From: Ilumatobacter sp.
Lineage (GTDB): Bacteria > Actinomycetota > Acidimicrobiia > Acidimicrobiales > Ilumatobacteraceae
Direction of reading: 5' to 3'
NCBI GenBank assembly: GCA_045106645.1
Contig: JBGCEY010000039.1
Location: forward strand, 1,701 to 65,700
DNA length: 64,000 nt
Every line of letters begins with the position of its first letter. Positions within the stretch are counted from its first letter, which is position 1. Below, in pieces: positions 28,203 to 37,858 of this stretch. The notes beneath the pieces are model-generated. The model saw only the letters and a program-made list of their open reading frames with translations. It made no database searches and was not told the DNA's origin. Made by a program: the position numbers and the translations under genes.

Positions 28203-30487
28203 GCCGTCCATCACGATTCGAAGGAACGATCGGGCGAACGGTCGCCGACTCGCAGGCGTGGTTCGACGAGCCGCCGCACCCTGGACCTGGAGCACCCAAC
28301 GTGGTGATGGTGCTCCTCGACGACACGGGATTCGCCCAGTTCGGGTGCTACGGATCCGACATCGACACTCCGAACGTCGATGCGCTCGCCGCAGGCGGCC
28401 TGCAGTTCACCAATTTCCACGTCACCCCGTTGTGCTCGCCCACTCGTGCGTCGCTGCTCACCGGTCGCTCGCAGCATGCGGTCGGGATGCGGGCGGTGTC
28501 GAACTTTCGAACGGGCTTCCCGAACCAGCTCGGCCACATCAGCAACCATGCAGCCACGGTGGCCGAGGTATTGCAAGGGGAGGGCTACGCCACGTTCTGC
28601 ACCGGCAAATGGCACCTCGCCCCGATGGAACAGTGCTCGTCGGCTGGACCGTTCGACCAGTGGCCGCTCGCTCGTGGTTTCGACCGCTTCTACGGATTCC
28701 TCGAAGGCGAGACCGACCAGTTCCATCCGGACCTCGTGAGCGACAACCACTCGATCGACGCGCCTCGCAAGCCCGAAGACGGCTATCACGTGAGCGAAGA
28801 CCTCATCGACCAGCTCACGAAGATGATCAGCGACAGCAAAGGCGTGCGGCCGGACCGACCGTTCTTCGCATACGTACCCTTCGGGGCCACGCACGCACCG
28901 CACCAGGCGCCGCAGCGCTACCTCGACAAGTATCGCGGTAGGTACGACGAAGGTTGGGATGTGGTGCGACAGCGTTGGTACGAACGCCAGCTCGAACTGG
29001 GCGTGATCCCGGCCGGAACCGAACTGGCGCCCCGCAACCCCGGCGTCGATGCGTGGGAAGACCTCCCGCAGAACCAGCAGCTCGTTGGGGCGCGCCTGCA
29101 AGAAGCGTTCGCGGCGTTCCTCGATCACACCGACGACCAGATCGGCCGTCTCGTGGAGAATCTGCGTCAGCTCGGCGAGCTCGACAACACCATCTTCGTG
29201 GTGCTCGCCGACAACGGTGCCTCCCAAGAGGGCGGCCCGTTCGGTGTGATGCACGAGATGAAGTTCTTCAACGGGATCTTCGACGACGGCGATCAGATGA
29301 TCGACCAGATCGACGACATCGGCGGCCCACACAGCCACACCAACTATCCGTGGGGATGGGCGCAGTGCGGCAACTCACCCTTCAAGTGGTACAAGCAGAA
29401 CACCCACGAGGGCGGAGTTCACGTCCCGATGATCGTGCACGCACCGGGTCGCACCGACGCCGCCCACGCAGGTGAGCTGCGCGACCAGTTCGTCAATGTC
29501 TCCGACATCGTCCCCACCATCTATGACCTCGTGGGCATCACGGCGCCCGACACGTACCGCGGGGTCGAGCAATTGCCGGTCACTGGTCACTCGTTCCGGT
29601 CGGTGTTTGCCGACGTCGACGCCCCCGCCACGAACCGACTGCAGTACTTCGAGATGAGTGGCAGTCGAGCGCTGGTGCACATCGATGGCGATGGCCCTGA
29701 TGCCGTCACCTGGAAAGCGGTGTGCAAGCACGCGCCCGGCGCGGACTACAACACCGAGACCTGGGAGCTGTACTGCTTGACCGATGATTGGTCAGAGTGC
29801 AACGATCTCGCCGCTGCCGAGCCCGAGCGGTTGCAGGCGTTGATCGATCTGTGGTGGAGCGAGGCCGATCGTCACGGCGTGCTCCCTCTCGACGACCGCC
29901 TCGTCGAGTTGTTCGGTGCTCGCTTCCGTGACAATTCGCCGCACCCGGCGGACATGAAGTACGTGTATCGCCCGCCGATGTCACCGATGCCGGGCCAGGC
30001 ATCGGCGGCCATCGGCGGCAAGTCGTTCGATCTCACCGCTCGGGTCTCGCGCAGCGAAGGTGACGCCGGAGTGATCTACGCAACCGGCACCGAGAACTCG
30101 GGTCTGTCGATCTTCGTGCAGAACAATCGGCTGGTCGTGGACTACAACGCGTTCGACGAGCACACGATCCTCGAATCCGACATCGAGATTCCCGTCGGTG
30201 ATGCCGAGTTGGTGGTGAAGCTGCGACGGCGGGCCGGAATGGCCGGCGAGATGTCGTTGGTCGTGAATGGGCAAGCCGCTGGAGGCACCGACTTGGATCG
30301 GTTCATGCGGATGATGTCGTCGGTCGGTCCGAGTGTGGCCTACGACCACGGCTCCGCCGTGTCCCAGCGTTACGACGGTCCGTTTCCGTTCGGCGGCACG
30401 CTCCACGAGGTCGTGATCCAACTCCTGAGCCGACAGGACGCCGAGGCTCGAGATGCCGAAGCCGCAGCGGAAATGAGCCGCCAATGA
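28199..30487 (+). CDS. Arylsulfatase (Cys-type, formylglycine-dependent)
   Basis: VLLDDTG, CSPTRASLLTG (CxPxR), GKWHL, DNG motifs; LamG-like C-terminal extension; ATG at 28199. Confidence 0.92.
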   Translation: MSRPSRFEGTIGRTVADSQAWFDEPPHPGPGAPNVVMVLLDDTGFAQFGCYGSDIDTPNVDALAAGGLQFTNFHVTPLCSPTRASLLTGRSQHAVGMRAVSNFRTGFPNQLGHISNHAATVAEVLQGEGYATFCTGKWHLAPMEQCSSAGPFDQWPLARGFDRFYGFLEGETDQFHPDLVSDNHSIDAPRKPEDGYHVSEDLIDQLTKMISDSKGVRPDRPFFAYVPFGATHAPHQAPQRYLDKYRGRYDEGWDVVRQRWYERQLELGVIPAGTELAPRNPGVDAWEDLPQNQQLVGARLQEAFAAFLDHTDDQIGRLVENLRQLGELDNTIFVVLADNGASQEGGPFGVMHEMKFFNGIFDDGDQMIDQIDDIGGPHSHTNYPWGWAQCGNSPFKWYKQNTHEGGVHVPMIVHAPGRTDAAHAGELRDQFVNVSDIVPTIYDLVGITAPDTYRGVEQLPVTGHSFRSVFADVDAPATNRLQYFEMSGSRALVHIDGDGPDAVTWKAVCKHAPGADYNTETWELYCLTDDWSECNDLAAAEPERLQALIDLWWSEADRHGVLPLDDRLVELFGARFRDNSPHPADMKYVYRPPMSPMPGQASAAIGGKSFDLTARVSRSEGDAGVIYATGTENSGLSIFVQNNRLVVDYNAFDEHTILESDIEIPVGDAELVVKLRRRAGMAGEMSLVVNGQAAGGTDLDRFMRMMSSVGPSVAYDHGSAVSQRYDGPFPFGGTLHEVVIQLLSRQDAEARDAEAAAEMSRQ

Positions 30488-31353
30488 CCGCCACAGGACT
30501 GTCGGTGACGTTGCTGGGTACTGGTTCGCCGATGCCTGCTCCCGATCGAGCCGGGCCTGCCACGCTCATCTCCGCCGGTGAGGGCCCCACCGCCGAGCAT
30601 TACCTGGTCGATGCTGGCCGAGGCGTGTTGATGCGACTCGCGGCTGTCGGCCTCGGAGCGCCAGACCTCACCGCGGTGTTCATCACCCACTTGCACAGCG
30701 ACCACATCACCGATCTGAACGATGTGATCACCACGCGCTGGGTCATGACGTTCGAGGAGACACCGCTCACCATCGTGGGGCCGATCGGAACGCGCTCGGT
30801 CGTCGAGCACATCATTGCGTCGCTCGACCCGGATATCGACTATCGCATTGCCCACCACGAGGACCTCGACCACCGCCCGCCAGTCACGGTCATCGAAGTG
30901 ACCGAGGGGCCACTTCAGCTTCCCGGAGGACAGGGCGGCGCCGTTGCCATCACGTGTGGGCTGACCGACCACAAGCCGGTCGAACCCAGCGTGGGTTACC
31001 GCTTCGATCACGGCGAGGTCAGCGCGGTGGTGGCTGGTGACACGGTGCCATGTGCCGGCCTCGACGCACTGTGTGCCGGAGCGAATGCACTCGTCCACAC
31101 CGTGATCCGCAAGGACATCATCGCCAACGTGCCCATGCAGCGCATACAGGACACGCTCGACTACCACTCGTCGCCCGAAGAAGCCGGCCAGACCGCTGCC
31201 CGCGCCGACCTCGACACGCTGATCCTCACCCACTACGTGCCGCCCATGCCGCTCAGCGGCACTCCTGACGATTGGCGCGCACTCGCTGCGACAGATTTCA
31301 ACGGAAACGTGGAGGTCGGCGACGACCTTCACCGCGTCGACATCAACCCGTGA
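30484..31353 (+). CDS. MBL-fold metallo-hydrolase (RNase Z/AtsA-like)
   Basis: LLGTGSP, THLHSDH, AGDT, YHSSPEEAG and LILTHY motifs. Confidence 0.88.
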   Translation: MTATGLSVTLLGTGSPMPAPDRAGPATLISAGEGPTAEHYLVDAGRGVLMRLAAVGLGAPDLTAVFITHLHSDHITDLNDVITTRWVMTFEETPLTIVGPIGTRSVVEHIIASLDPDIDYRIAHHEDLDHRPPVTVIEVTEGPLQLPGGQGGAVAITCGLTDHKPVEPSVGYRFDHGEVSAVVAGDTVPCAGLDALCAGANALVHTVIRKDIIANVPMQRIQDTLDYHSSPEEAGQTAARADLDTLILTHYVPPMPLSGTPDDWRALAATDFNGNVEVGDDLHRVDINP

Positions 31354-31370
31354 CCATCCCCGACCGACGT

Positions 31371-31399
31371 GTTCGTTACGAGCCAGGCCCGTAACGAAC
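31371..31399. terminator. Intergenic stem-loop (terminator or mRNA stabiliser)
   Basis: Perfect 10-bp stem GTTCGTTACG-N9-CGTAACGAAC; no U-tract. Confidence 0.55.
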
Positions 31400-31423
31400 G
31401 CTCATCACGAAACGAGCCATGAC

Positions 31424-32347
31424 ATGCATTCACTCCGCACACCTGACGAGCGCTTTGTCGACCTCCCCGACTATCCGTTCGAACCGCACTACGTCGCCAT
31501 CAGCGATCAATCCGGCGGCACACTGCGCGTCCACTATCTCGACGAGGGTCCCGCCGATGGGCCGGTGGTGCTCGCGATGCACGGTGAGCCGTCATGGAGT
31601 TACCTCTACCGCAAGATGATCCCGCTGCTCGTGGCGGGAGGCGCCCGTGTGATCTGCCCCGACCTGGTCGGTTTCGGCAAGAGCGACAAGCCGAGCGAGC
31701 AGAGCGACTACACCTACGCCCGCCACGTGGCGTGGATGCAGGAGGCGATCATCGACCACCTCGACCTGCGGGACGCAACGTTCTTCGGACAGGACTGGGG
31801 TGGTCTGGTCGGGCTTCGCCTCGTTGCCGAGAATCCGGAACGCTTTGCCCGCGTCGTCATCGGCAACACCGGACTCCCGAACGGCGAAGCGGCGCCCAGT
31901 CAAGCGTTCCTCGACTGGCAGAAGTTCAGCCAGGAGTCACCCGTGTTCCCGATCGGACAGATCCTGCAGGGTGCCACCAACACCGAATTGATCGACGCCG
32001 AAGTGGCGGCCTACGACGCACCGTTCCCCGACGAGACGTTCAAAGAAGGTGCGCGGATCTTCCCGTCGCTCGTGCCGACCTCGGCCGACGACCCGGCAGT
32101 GCCCGACAACCTCGCTGCATGGGAAGTGCTCAAAGCCTGGGACAAGCCGTTCATCTGCTGCTTCAGCGACGACGACCCCGTCACCGCCGGCGGCGACAAG
32201 CCGTTCCTGAAGCTGGTGCCGGGTGCTCAAGGGCAGCCCCATGTGCTCGTCGAGAACGCACACCACTTCTTCCAAGAAGACGGCGCACCCCAGCTCGCCC
32301 AGATCGTGCTCGACGCGATCGCCGCTGGAGAAGTGGGCACTTCATGA
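31424..32347 (+). CDS. Haloalkane dehalogenase
   Basis: LRTPDERF, HGEPSWSYLYRKMI, GQDWGG nucleophile, FSDDDP, HHFFQED. Confidence 0.92.
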   Translation: MHSLRTPDERFVDLPDYPFEPHYVAISDQSGGTLRVHYLDEGPADGPVVLAMHGEPSWSYLYRKMIPLLVAGGARVICPDLVGFGKSDKPSEQSDYTYARHVAWMQEAIIDHLDLRDATFFGQDWGGLVGLRLVAENPERFARVVIGNTGLPNGEAAPSQAFLDWQKFSQESPVFPIGQILQGATNTELIDAEVAAYDAPFPDETFKEGARIFPSLVPTSADDPAVPDNLAAWEVLKAWDKPFICCFSDDDPVTAGGDKPFLKLVPGAQGQPHVLVENAHHFFQEDGAPQLAQIVLDAIAAGEVGTS

Positions 32348-33171
32348 GCAACACCGTTCGATACGGCACGCCGAACAGCGACTACGCCATGAAGATGGCA
32401 TCCATCGACCCTGCCGATGACGGCCCCGTGTGGATGGTCAACCTGATGAAATACCGCGACGTGGCCGACTACGCCGATGGGCGCGAATCCACCATCAGTG
32501 GCCAGGAAGCCGACGACCTCTACTCACCACTCGACTCGCTCGCAGCGGTCGGTGCGCAGCCGGTGTTCTTCGGCAATGTCGATCAGCAACTGCTCGGCGA
32601 CGAAACGGTGTGGGACCGCGTGGCCGTGGTGAAGTATCCCACCCGCAGATCCTTCATCGACATGCAGTCGCTGCCCTCATTCCAGGCGGCGCACCACCAC
32701 AAGGACGCCGGTATGGAGTCGACCTTCGTGATCGGCACGCAGCCGATGGACACGCCGAATTTCCCTGATGATGTGGAACGCATCGACTGGGCCGACGTAC
32801 CGCATCCGCCGACGGATGACGATGGTCCGGTCGTCGTGGTGCATGTGCTGCGCTTCGAAGATGCCGCCGCCGCACACGAGACGCCCGATCACATGGCGCA
32901 GTATCAAACAGCGGCCGGCCGGGTCGCCCTTGCCCACGGCGTTCGCATCAACGGTTGGTTCGCCGTGGAAGACACGATCGTGGGTGATGGGCGAGCGTGG
33001 CATCAGGTGCGCTTCAACGAATTCCCGAGCAAGGCGGCGTTCATGGCAGTGGTGACCGACCCGAGTCGCCTCGAAGCGCAAAAGGATCACCGCGAGGCCG
33101 CCATTGCCGACACCTACACGATGATCGTTCGCTCCGGCCTCAACCGCCTCACCGCATCGACCGACTCCTGA
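32344..33171 (+). CDS. Tandem DUF1330-like (dimeric alpha-beta barrel) protein
   Basis: Two repeats: WMVNLMKYRD...WDRVAVVKYPTRRSF and VVHVLRF...WHQVRFNEFPSKAAF. Confidence 0.7.
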   Translation: MSNTVRYGTPNSDYAMKMASIDPADDGPVWMVNLMKYRDVADYADGRESTISGQEADDLYSPLDSLAAVGAQPVFFGNVDQQLLGDETVWDRVAVVKYPTRRSFIDMQSLPSFQAAHHHKDAGMESTFVIGTQPMDTPNFPDDVERIDWADVPHPPTDDDGPVVVVHVLRFEDAAAAHETPDHMAQYQTAAGRVALAHGVRINGWFAVEDTIVGDGRAWHQVRFNEFPSKAAFMAVVTDPSRLEAQKDHREAAIADTYTMIVRSGLNRLTASTDS

Positions 33172-33528
33172 TCAAGAACGGCGGCGTTGCCGGTCTTCGA
33201 CGATCTCCTTGCGCGCGTCGACCATGCGCGAGGTGATCTTCGTCGCAAACGCGACGAGGAGTCCGATCCCGATCAGCAGGTACAGCGAGGTGAACACCTT
33301 GCCTGCAGCGGTGGTGGGCGAGATGTCGCCATAGCCGACCGTGGTGAGCGTGACGATCGTGAAGTAGAAGCTGTCGAGCCACGACAGGTTCTCGACGCGG
33401 TGGTAGAAGATGCCACCGACGGCGATCAGGCCGACCACCAGCGTGATCAGCCCGCGTCCTTCGGGCTCGCTGGTCAGCCCGCGAATGGCGAGAAAGAGGG
33501 CTCGGAACAGCGCCAGGATGCCGAACAT
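33172..33528 (-). CDS. Minimal 2-TM potassium channel
   Basis: WLDSFYFTIVTLTTVGYGDISP pore signature; 118 aa; no regulatory domain. Confidence 0.92.
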   Translation of the reverse strand: MFGILALFRALFLAIRGLTSEPEGRGLITLVVGLIAVGGIFYHRVENLSWLDSFYFTIVTLTTVGYGDISPTTAAGKVFTSLYLLIGIGLLVAFATKITSRMVDARKEIVEDRQRRRS

Positions 33529-35180
33529 CAGCCACCGCCTGCGTCGCTGCGAGCGATGTCTCGTTCTTCGACGATGAGTCGCACGTCCGCCGTCATCCTG
33601 CGATCCAACTCGTTGTCGAGCAGCGCTGCCAAGTCGGCGGCATTCGGCGCACCGCCGGCGGGGCCGATGATGGCGACGGTCACGACGTCGCCGTCGGTGT
33701 TGATCCGGACCACACCGTGTTCAGGGTGCGGCGCGATCCACTCGTCGACCGTGTCCTCGATCGTCGATGCGTCGAACAGGTTCGTGGCCACGTGGAGGTT
33801 GTTCAGCAGCAGCAGGCCGAGAACGATCGCAGTCGCCGTGCCGATCGCGGCGACCGAGGTGCGAACCCGATGACGACTGTCGGCAATGTGCTTGATCGGG
33901 GCCACGCCGGTGAACACGAACGTGATCCCGCCGATCACCAAGATGGCGAGCATGTTGGTCGTGAACAACAGCAGCGCGCCGGCGCCCGCATCCCAATCGC
34001 CTTGCGACCAGGAGATTCCCACCGCCGCGAGCGGCGGCACGAGCGCGATGGCAATCGCCACACCGGGCAGCGAGTCCGACACATCAGGACGAGACAGCCC
34101 GTACGCGCCGGCCGCTCCCGCAGCGACTGCGATGATCAGGTCGAGCACCGTCGGTGTTGCTCGGCTGACGATCTGCGTGTTCGTGGCCACGTCGATCACC
34201 GCGGGCACGGTCAGCCCGAGCAGTGCGCCGATGCTGATGGTGGTGGCAATGCCCCCGAACGCCAGCAGCGAACTCCGCGCCAGACGCCGCGGCCATCCCA
34301 TCACCAGCGAGATGGCCATACCCATCAGCGGGGTCATCAGCGGCGCGATCAGCATGGCGCCGATGACGACCGCAGTGGAGTCGCTGATGATGCCCATCGA
34401 GGCAATCACCGATGCGAAGACCATCAGCGTGAAGAATCGGATGATCCGATTTCCACTCAGCGGTCCATCGAACAGGATCTTGTCGTAGAGCGCAGTGCGA
34501 TCTTCGAGCGACTTCGGACGTTCGGCCAGCCAGGCTTTGACGAGGCGTCCTGAATCGGCGGTGCCGACAAGGCCGGAGCGGTTGCGGTCGAGCGACACCA
34601 CGAGCACGACCACGGCGAACGCGATCCAGCCCAGTGCGGCAAAGGTCGACACTGCGGCAACGAGTTCGGCGGGGAATGCGATCAGCAGCGAAGCGAGACC
34701 GAGCCTCCACAGTGCGCGAAACCCGAGCCACGCTCGATCTCCGTCGGGCACATCCGCATTCCAGTCCGACACGAGGTCGCGAACCGCCACAACCGCGATG
34801 CCGACTCCGATCAGGCGCCCCAGGAATGTGGTCGATCGTTCGGGTGACGCGAGCAACCATGCGCCGGTGGCGATTCCTGCGGTCGACGTGGCGAGGAGCA
34901 ACCACCGGCGGGGGCGGGCGCGCAGTGCCACCCACGCCGAGGTGGCGCACACGGCGAGCAAGCCGATGGCGATGAGTGCAGCGAGGATGCGGTCGGTGCG
35001 CTGCGGCCACAGCACCACCAACACGGCGACCGGAATGATGGCCAACGAGCGGATGACCGCTGGGTTTTTCAACAGCGAGACATCGACTCGCGACCACGAG
35101 AACGTGGACTCGGAAGCGTCGTCGGCGAGTGCTACGTCATCGACCAGCGATTCACGTGCGTCCGAACCGTCCACCACCAC
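33528..35180 (-). CDS. DUF389 membrane protein with N-terminal multi-TM extension
   Basis: DSTAVVIGAMLIAPLMTP, ATPTVLDL...AAGA and LPGVAIAIALVPPL motifs. Start uncertain; GTG 35180 chosen. Confidence 0.8.
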   Translation of the reverse strand: MVVDGSDARESLVDDVALADDASESTFSWSRVDVSLLKNPAVIRSLAIIPVAVLVVLWPQRTDRILAALIAIGLLAVCATSAWVALRARPRRWLLLATSTAGIATGAWLLASPERSTTFLGRLIGVGIAVVAVRDLVSDWNADVPDGDRAWLGFRALWRLGLASLLIAFPAELVAAVSTFAALGWIAFAVVVLVVSLDRNRSGLVGTADSGRLVKAWLAERPKSLEDRTALYDKILFDGPLSGNRIIRFFTLMVFASVIASMGIISDSTAVVIGAMLIAPLMTPLMGMAISLVMGWPRRLARSSLLAFGGIATTISIGALLGLTVPAVIDVATNTQIVSRATPTVLDLIIAVAAGAAGAYGLSRPDVSDSLPGVAIAIALVPPLAAVGISWSQGDWDAGAGALLLFTTNMLAILVIGGITFVFTGVAPIKHIADSRHRVRTSVAAIGTATAIVLGLLLLNNLHVATNLFDASTIEDTVDEWIAPHPEHGVVRINTDGDVVTVAIIGPAGGAPNAADLAALLDNELDRRMTADVRLIVEERDIARSDAGGG

Positions 35181-35350
35181 AGTCTTGCAGGCCCAGTAGC
35201 GGCCGCCGCTGTCTGCACGGGCATGGCACCGGTGGAACGTCGACGCACGCGTGACTTGATCGTGAGCAATCACTTGCATTGTGAATTGGGCACGCCACAT
35301 CGAAACGCAGTGCCTCCCGGTTCGTGTTGTCGTGTTCGAGCCGTCGACGG

Positions 35351-35932
35351 TCAAATGTCGGTAAGAAGTGGGTCGAGGTAGCCGAGCCCGTCGGCAACCA
35401 GGTGATCGATCGGCCCGGCTGCGCCCTCGAGCGCCCACTCCTGAAGCGCAGCGTCGATGACTCCCATGATCGCGGCGCCGATGGCGCGGGCGCGTAAGCG
35501 GCCGGCAGTGTCGGTGTCGGTGTCGCGCTGGACTTCGGCGGCGATTCGTTCGATCCACTCGTTGTTGACCGCTGCGTATCCGCGCAGGAGTTGAGGGTGT
35601 TCGAGCACCAATTGCATGGACCGCCGCACGGGTTCAGGGTCCGCGTCGATCGACTCGCACACGGCCTGGCATGCGACACGAACTCGGCGGGCAAACGGCT
35701 CGTCGGCCGCCGCGGTGGCTGCGGTATCGAACACGTCCAGCCACAGCCGGGGGTGAACGAACAGCAGGTCGTCTCGTCCGGGCGCCCATCGGTAGATGGT
35801 CCGTCGGGCAACGCCCGCTCGCTCGGCGATGTCTTCGAGTGGCACGTCCGGACCGTGGGCCTCGATGGCTGCCACCGCGGCCGCGTTGAGTGCAAGCAGC
35901 GTCTGAGTTCGGTGCTGTCGACGACTCACCAT
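35351..35932 (-). CDS. TetR family regulator
   Basis: VPLEDIAERAGVARRTIYRW HTH. Confidence 0.9.
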   Translation of the reverse strand: MVSRRQHRTQTLLALNAAAVAAIEAHGPDVPLEDIAERAGVARRTIYRWAPGRDDLLFVHPRLWLDVFDTAATAAADEPFARRVRVACQAVCESIDADPEPVRRSMQLVLEHPQLLRGYAAVNNEWIERIAAEVQRDTDTDTAGRLRARAIGAAIMGVIDAALQEWALEGAAGPIDHLVADGLGYLDPLLTDI

Positions 35933-35946
35933 GCGAGCATCGTAGC

Positions 35947-35996
35947 TGTCACGGTGTGACACATGTGGCTTGCATCATTTGTGTCTCACTGCGACA
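35947..35996. promoter_or_regulatory. Twin palindromic operators between tetR and the DUF2867-like gene
   Basis: TGTCAC-GGT-GTGACA (35947-35961) and TGTCTC-ACT-GCGACA (35982-35996). Confidence 0.6.
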
Positions 35997-36004
35997 CTTA
36001 GCGC

Positions 36005-36484
36005 ATGAACGCTGACGCACTGCACGACCTGACCTTCGACGACCCGGACTACCGGGACCACTTCGTACTGACCGCCCGTGACGACGTCTACGGTGTCGAA
36101 GAATTCGTGGAGCGACTGGCGATGCGCCAGCCAGGGTGGCTCACCCGGGTCAGCATGGGGTTGTCCGGTGCAGCCGAATTGCGTCGAGGCGTGGTCGATG
36201 CGCTGGACGGCGGAGCGCTCGGCAATTGGCACGTCATCGATCGAACGGACACGTCCATCACGTTCGCTGAGGACATGCGCATCATGCGCTACCGGCTCGC
36301 CTTCAAGATCGACAGCCCGAACCAAGTCAGTGCCCGCACCGACGTCGTTCAGCAGACCGGGTGGTTCGGGCCGATCTACTGGTTGCTCGCCACGCCGCTG
36401 CACAAGCGCTTTCTCCAGCTCTTGCTTCGCCGAGCTGGCGGTGAAGGTTCGGTGGTGTCGCAAAAGAGTCTGGAGACCCTGTGA
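36005..36484 (+). CDS. DUF2867-like protein
   Basis: PDYRDHF...PGWL...GPIYWLLATPLHKRF pattern. Confidence 0.65.
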   Translation: MNADALHDLTFDDPDYRDHFVLTARDDVYGVEEFVERLAMRQPGWLTRVSMGLSGAAELRRGVVDALDGGALGNWHVIDRTDTSITFAEDMRIMRYRLAFKIDSPNQVSARTDVVQQTGWFGPIYWLLATPLHKRFLQLLLRRAGGEGSVVSQKSLETL

Positions 36485-36547
36485 CGTCCTGATGAACTGG
36501 CGGCGATGTGGCGCGCGTCGGACGGCGCCTCACATAGTGTCGGGCTC

Positions 36548-37837
36548 GTGACCACCACGATCGATCTTGCCGAACGCTACCGGGCGGTGTTTCCCTCCTG
36601 GTTGTCGCCCATGTTCGACGAGCCGATCTCGATCGACCACGGAGACGGCGGCTACGTGTGGGACCTGGAAGGTAATCGCTACCTCGACTTCTTCGGCGGT
36701 GTGCTCACGACCATGATCGGTCACAATCAACCCGAGGTCACCGAAGCGGTGCAAGCCCAGGCTGCCAAGGTGATGCACTCGTCCACGCTGTATCTCAACG
36801 ACGAGATGATCAGTTTTGCCGAGGAGATCGCAGCCGTGTCGGGAATCGCCGATGCGCGTGTGTTCTTCACGGCGTCGGGCTCCGAAGCCAACGAAACCGC
36901 ACTGCTGTTGGCGGCGAGCTTCCGTCAATCGAATCAGGTGCTGGCCGTGCGCAACAGCTACCACGGTCGCTCGTTCGCAACGCAAGCCATCACGTCGCAT
37001 TCGTCGTGGCGTTCCAGCAGTGTGTCCGGCCTCGACGTGAGCTTCGTGCAGGGCGGCTACCGCTTGCGCAGCCCCTTCAAGGACCTCGACGATGATGCCT
37101 ATACGCAGGCCTGCTGTGACGACCTCGAACAGATCCTGGACATGACCGCAGCGGGAGATGTGGCGTGTCTGATCGCCGAGCCGATCCAAGGCGTCGGTGG
37201 ATTCGCGACCCCGCCCGACGGCTTCTTCGGTCAGATGCACAAGCTGCTCGCAGAGCGCGGCATTCTCTTCGTGAGCGACGAAGTGCAGACCGGATGGGGT
37301 CGCACCGGCGATCACTTCTGGGGATATCAGGCGCACGACATCGTCCCCGACATCATCACCTTCGCCAAGGGTGTCGGCAACGGCGCTGGCTTGGCTGGGG
37401 TGGTTGCTCGGGCGGAGGTGATGGACACCATCAAGGTCGCATCGTTCTCCACGTTCGGGGGCAACCCGCTCGCTGCCGCTGCGGGTCGTGCCACGCTGCG
37501 TCACGTGCTCGACAACGACTTGCAGTCGAACGCGAAGCTCATGGGCGAGCGTTTCTTCGCTGGGTTGCGGCCCGCTACCGACGCAGCACCGTGGATCGGC
37601 GAGCTGCGCGGCCGCGGGCTGATGGTCGCCATCGAGACCGTGCACGACGACAGCGTCCACCCCGACAAGGCCAAGGCTGCGGCGCTCGCCGACGGCTGCA
37701 AACAGCGTGGCCTGCTCGTCGGCAAGGGTGGGCTCTATGGCAACGTCGTACGAATCGCACCGATGCTGAATGTGTCCGCATCGGAGATCGACACCGCCGT
37801 CGAGATCATCACCGACACGATCCGCAACATCAACTGA
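36548..37837 (+). CDS. Class III PLP aminotransferase (beta-alanine/beta-aminoisobutyrate transaminase-like)
   Basis: WDLEGNRYLDFFGG, AEPIQGVGG, SDEVQTGWGRTG and TFAKG motifs; first gene of the pyrimidine operon. Confidence 0.9.
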   Translation: MTTTIDLAERYRAVFPSWLSPMFDEPISIDHGDGGYVWDLEGNRYLDFFGGVLTTMIGHNQPEVTEAVQAQAAKVMHSSTLYLNDEMISFAEEIAAVSGIADARVFFTASGSEANETALLLAASFRQSNQVLAVRNSYHGRSFATQAITSHSSWRSSSVSGLDVSFVQGGYRLRSPFKDLDDDAYTQACCDDLEQILDMTAAGDVACLIAEPIQGVGGFATPPDGFFGQMHKLLAERGILFVSDEVQTGWGRTGDHFWGYQAHDIVPDIITFAKGVGNGAGLAGVVARAEVMDTIKVASFSTFGGNPLAAAAGRATLRHVLDNDLQSNAKLMGERFFAGLRPATDAAPWIGELRGRGLMVAIETVHDDSVHPDKAKAAALADGCKQRGLLVGKGGLYGNVVRIAPMLNVSASEIDTAVEIITDTIRNIN

Positions 37838-37858
37838 ATGCCCACCCGAGGGAGACAC

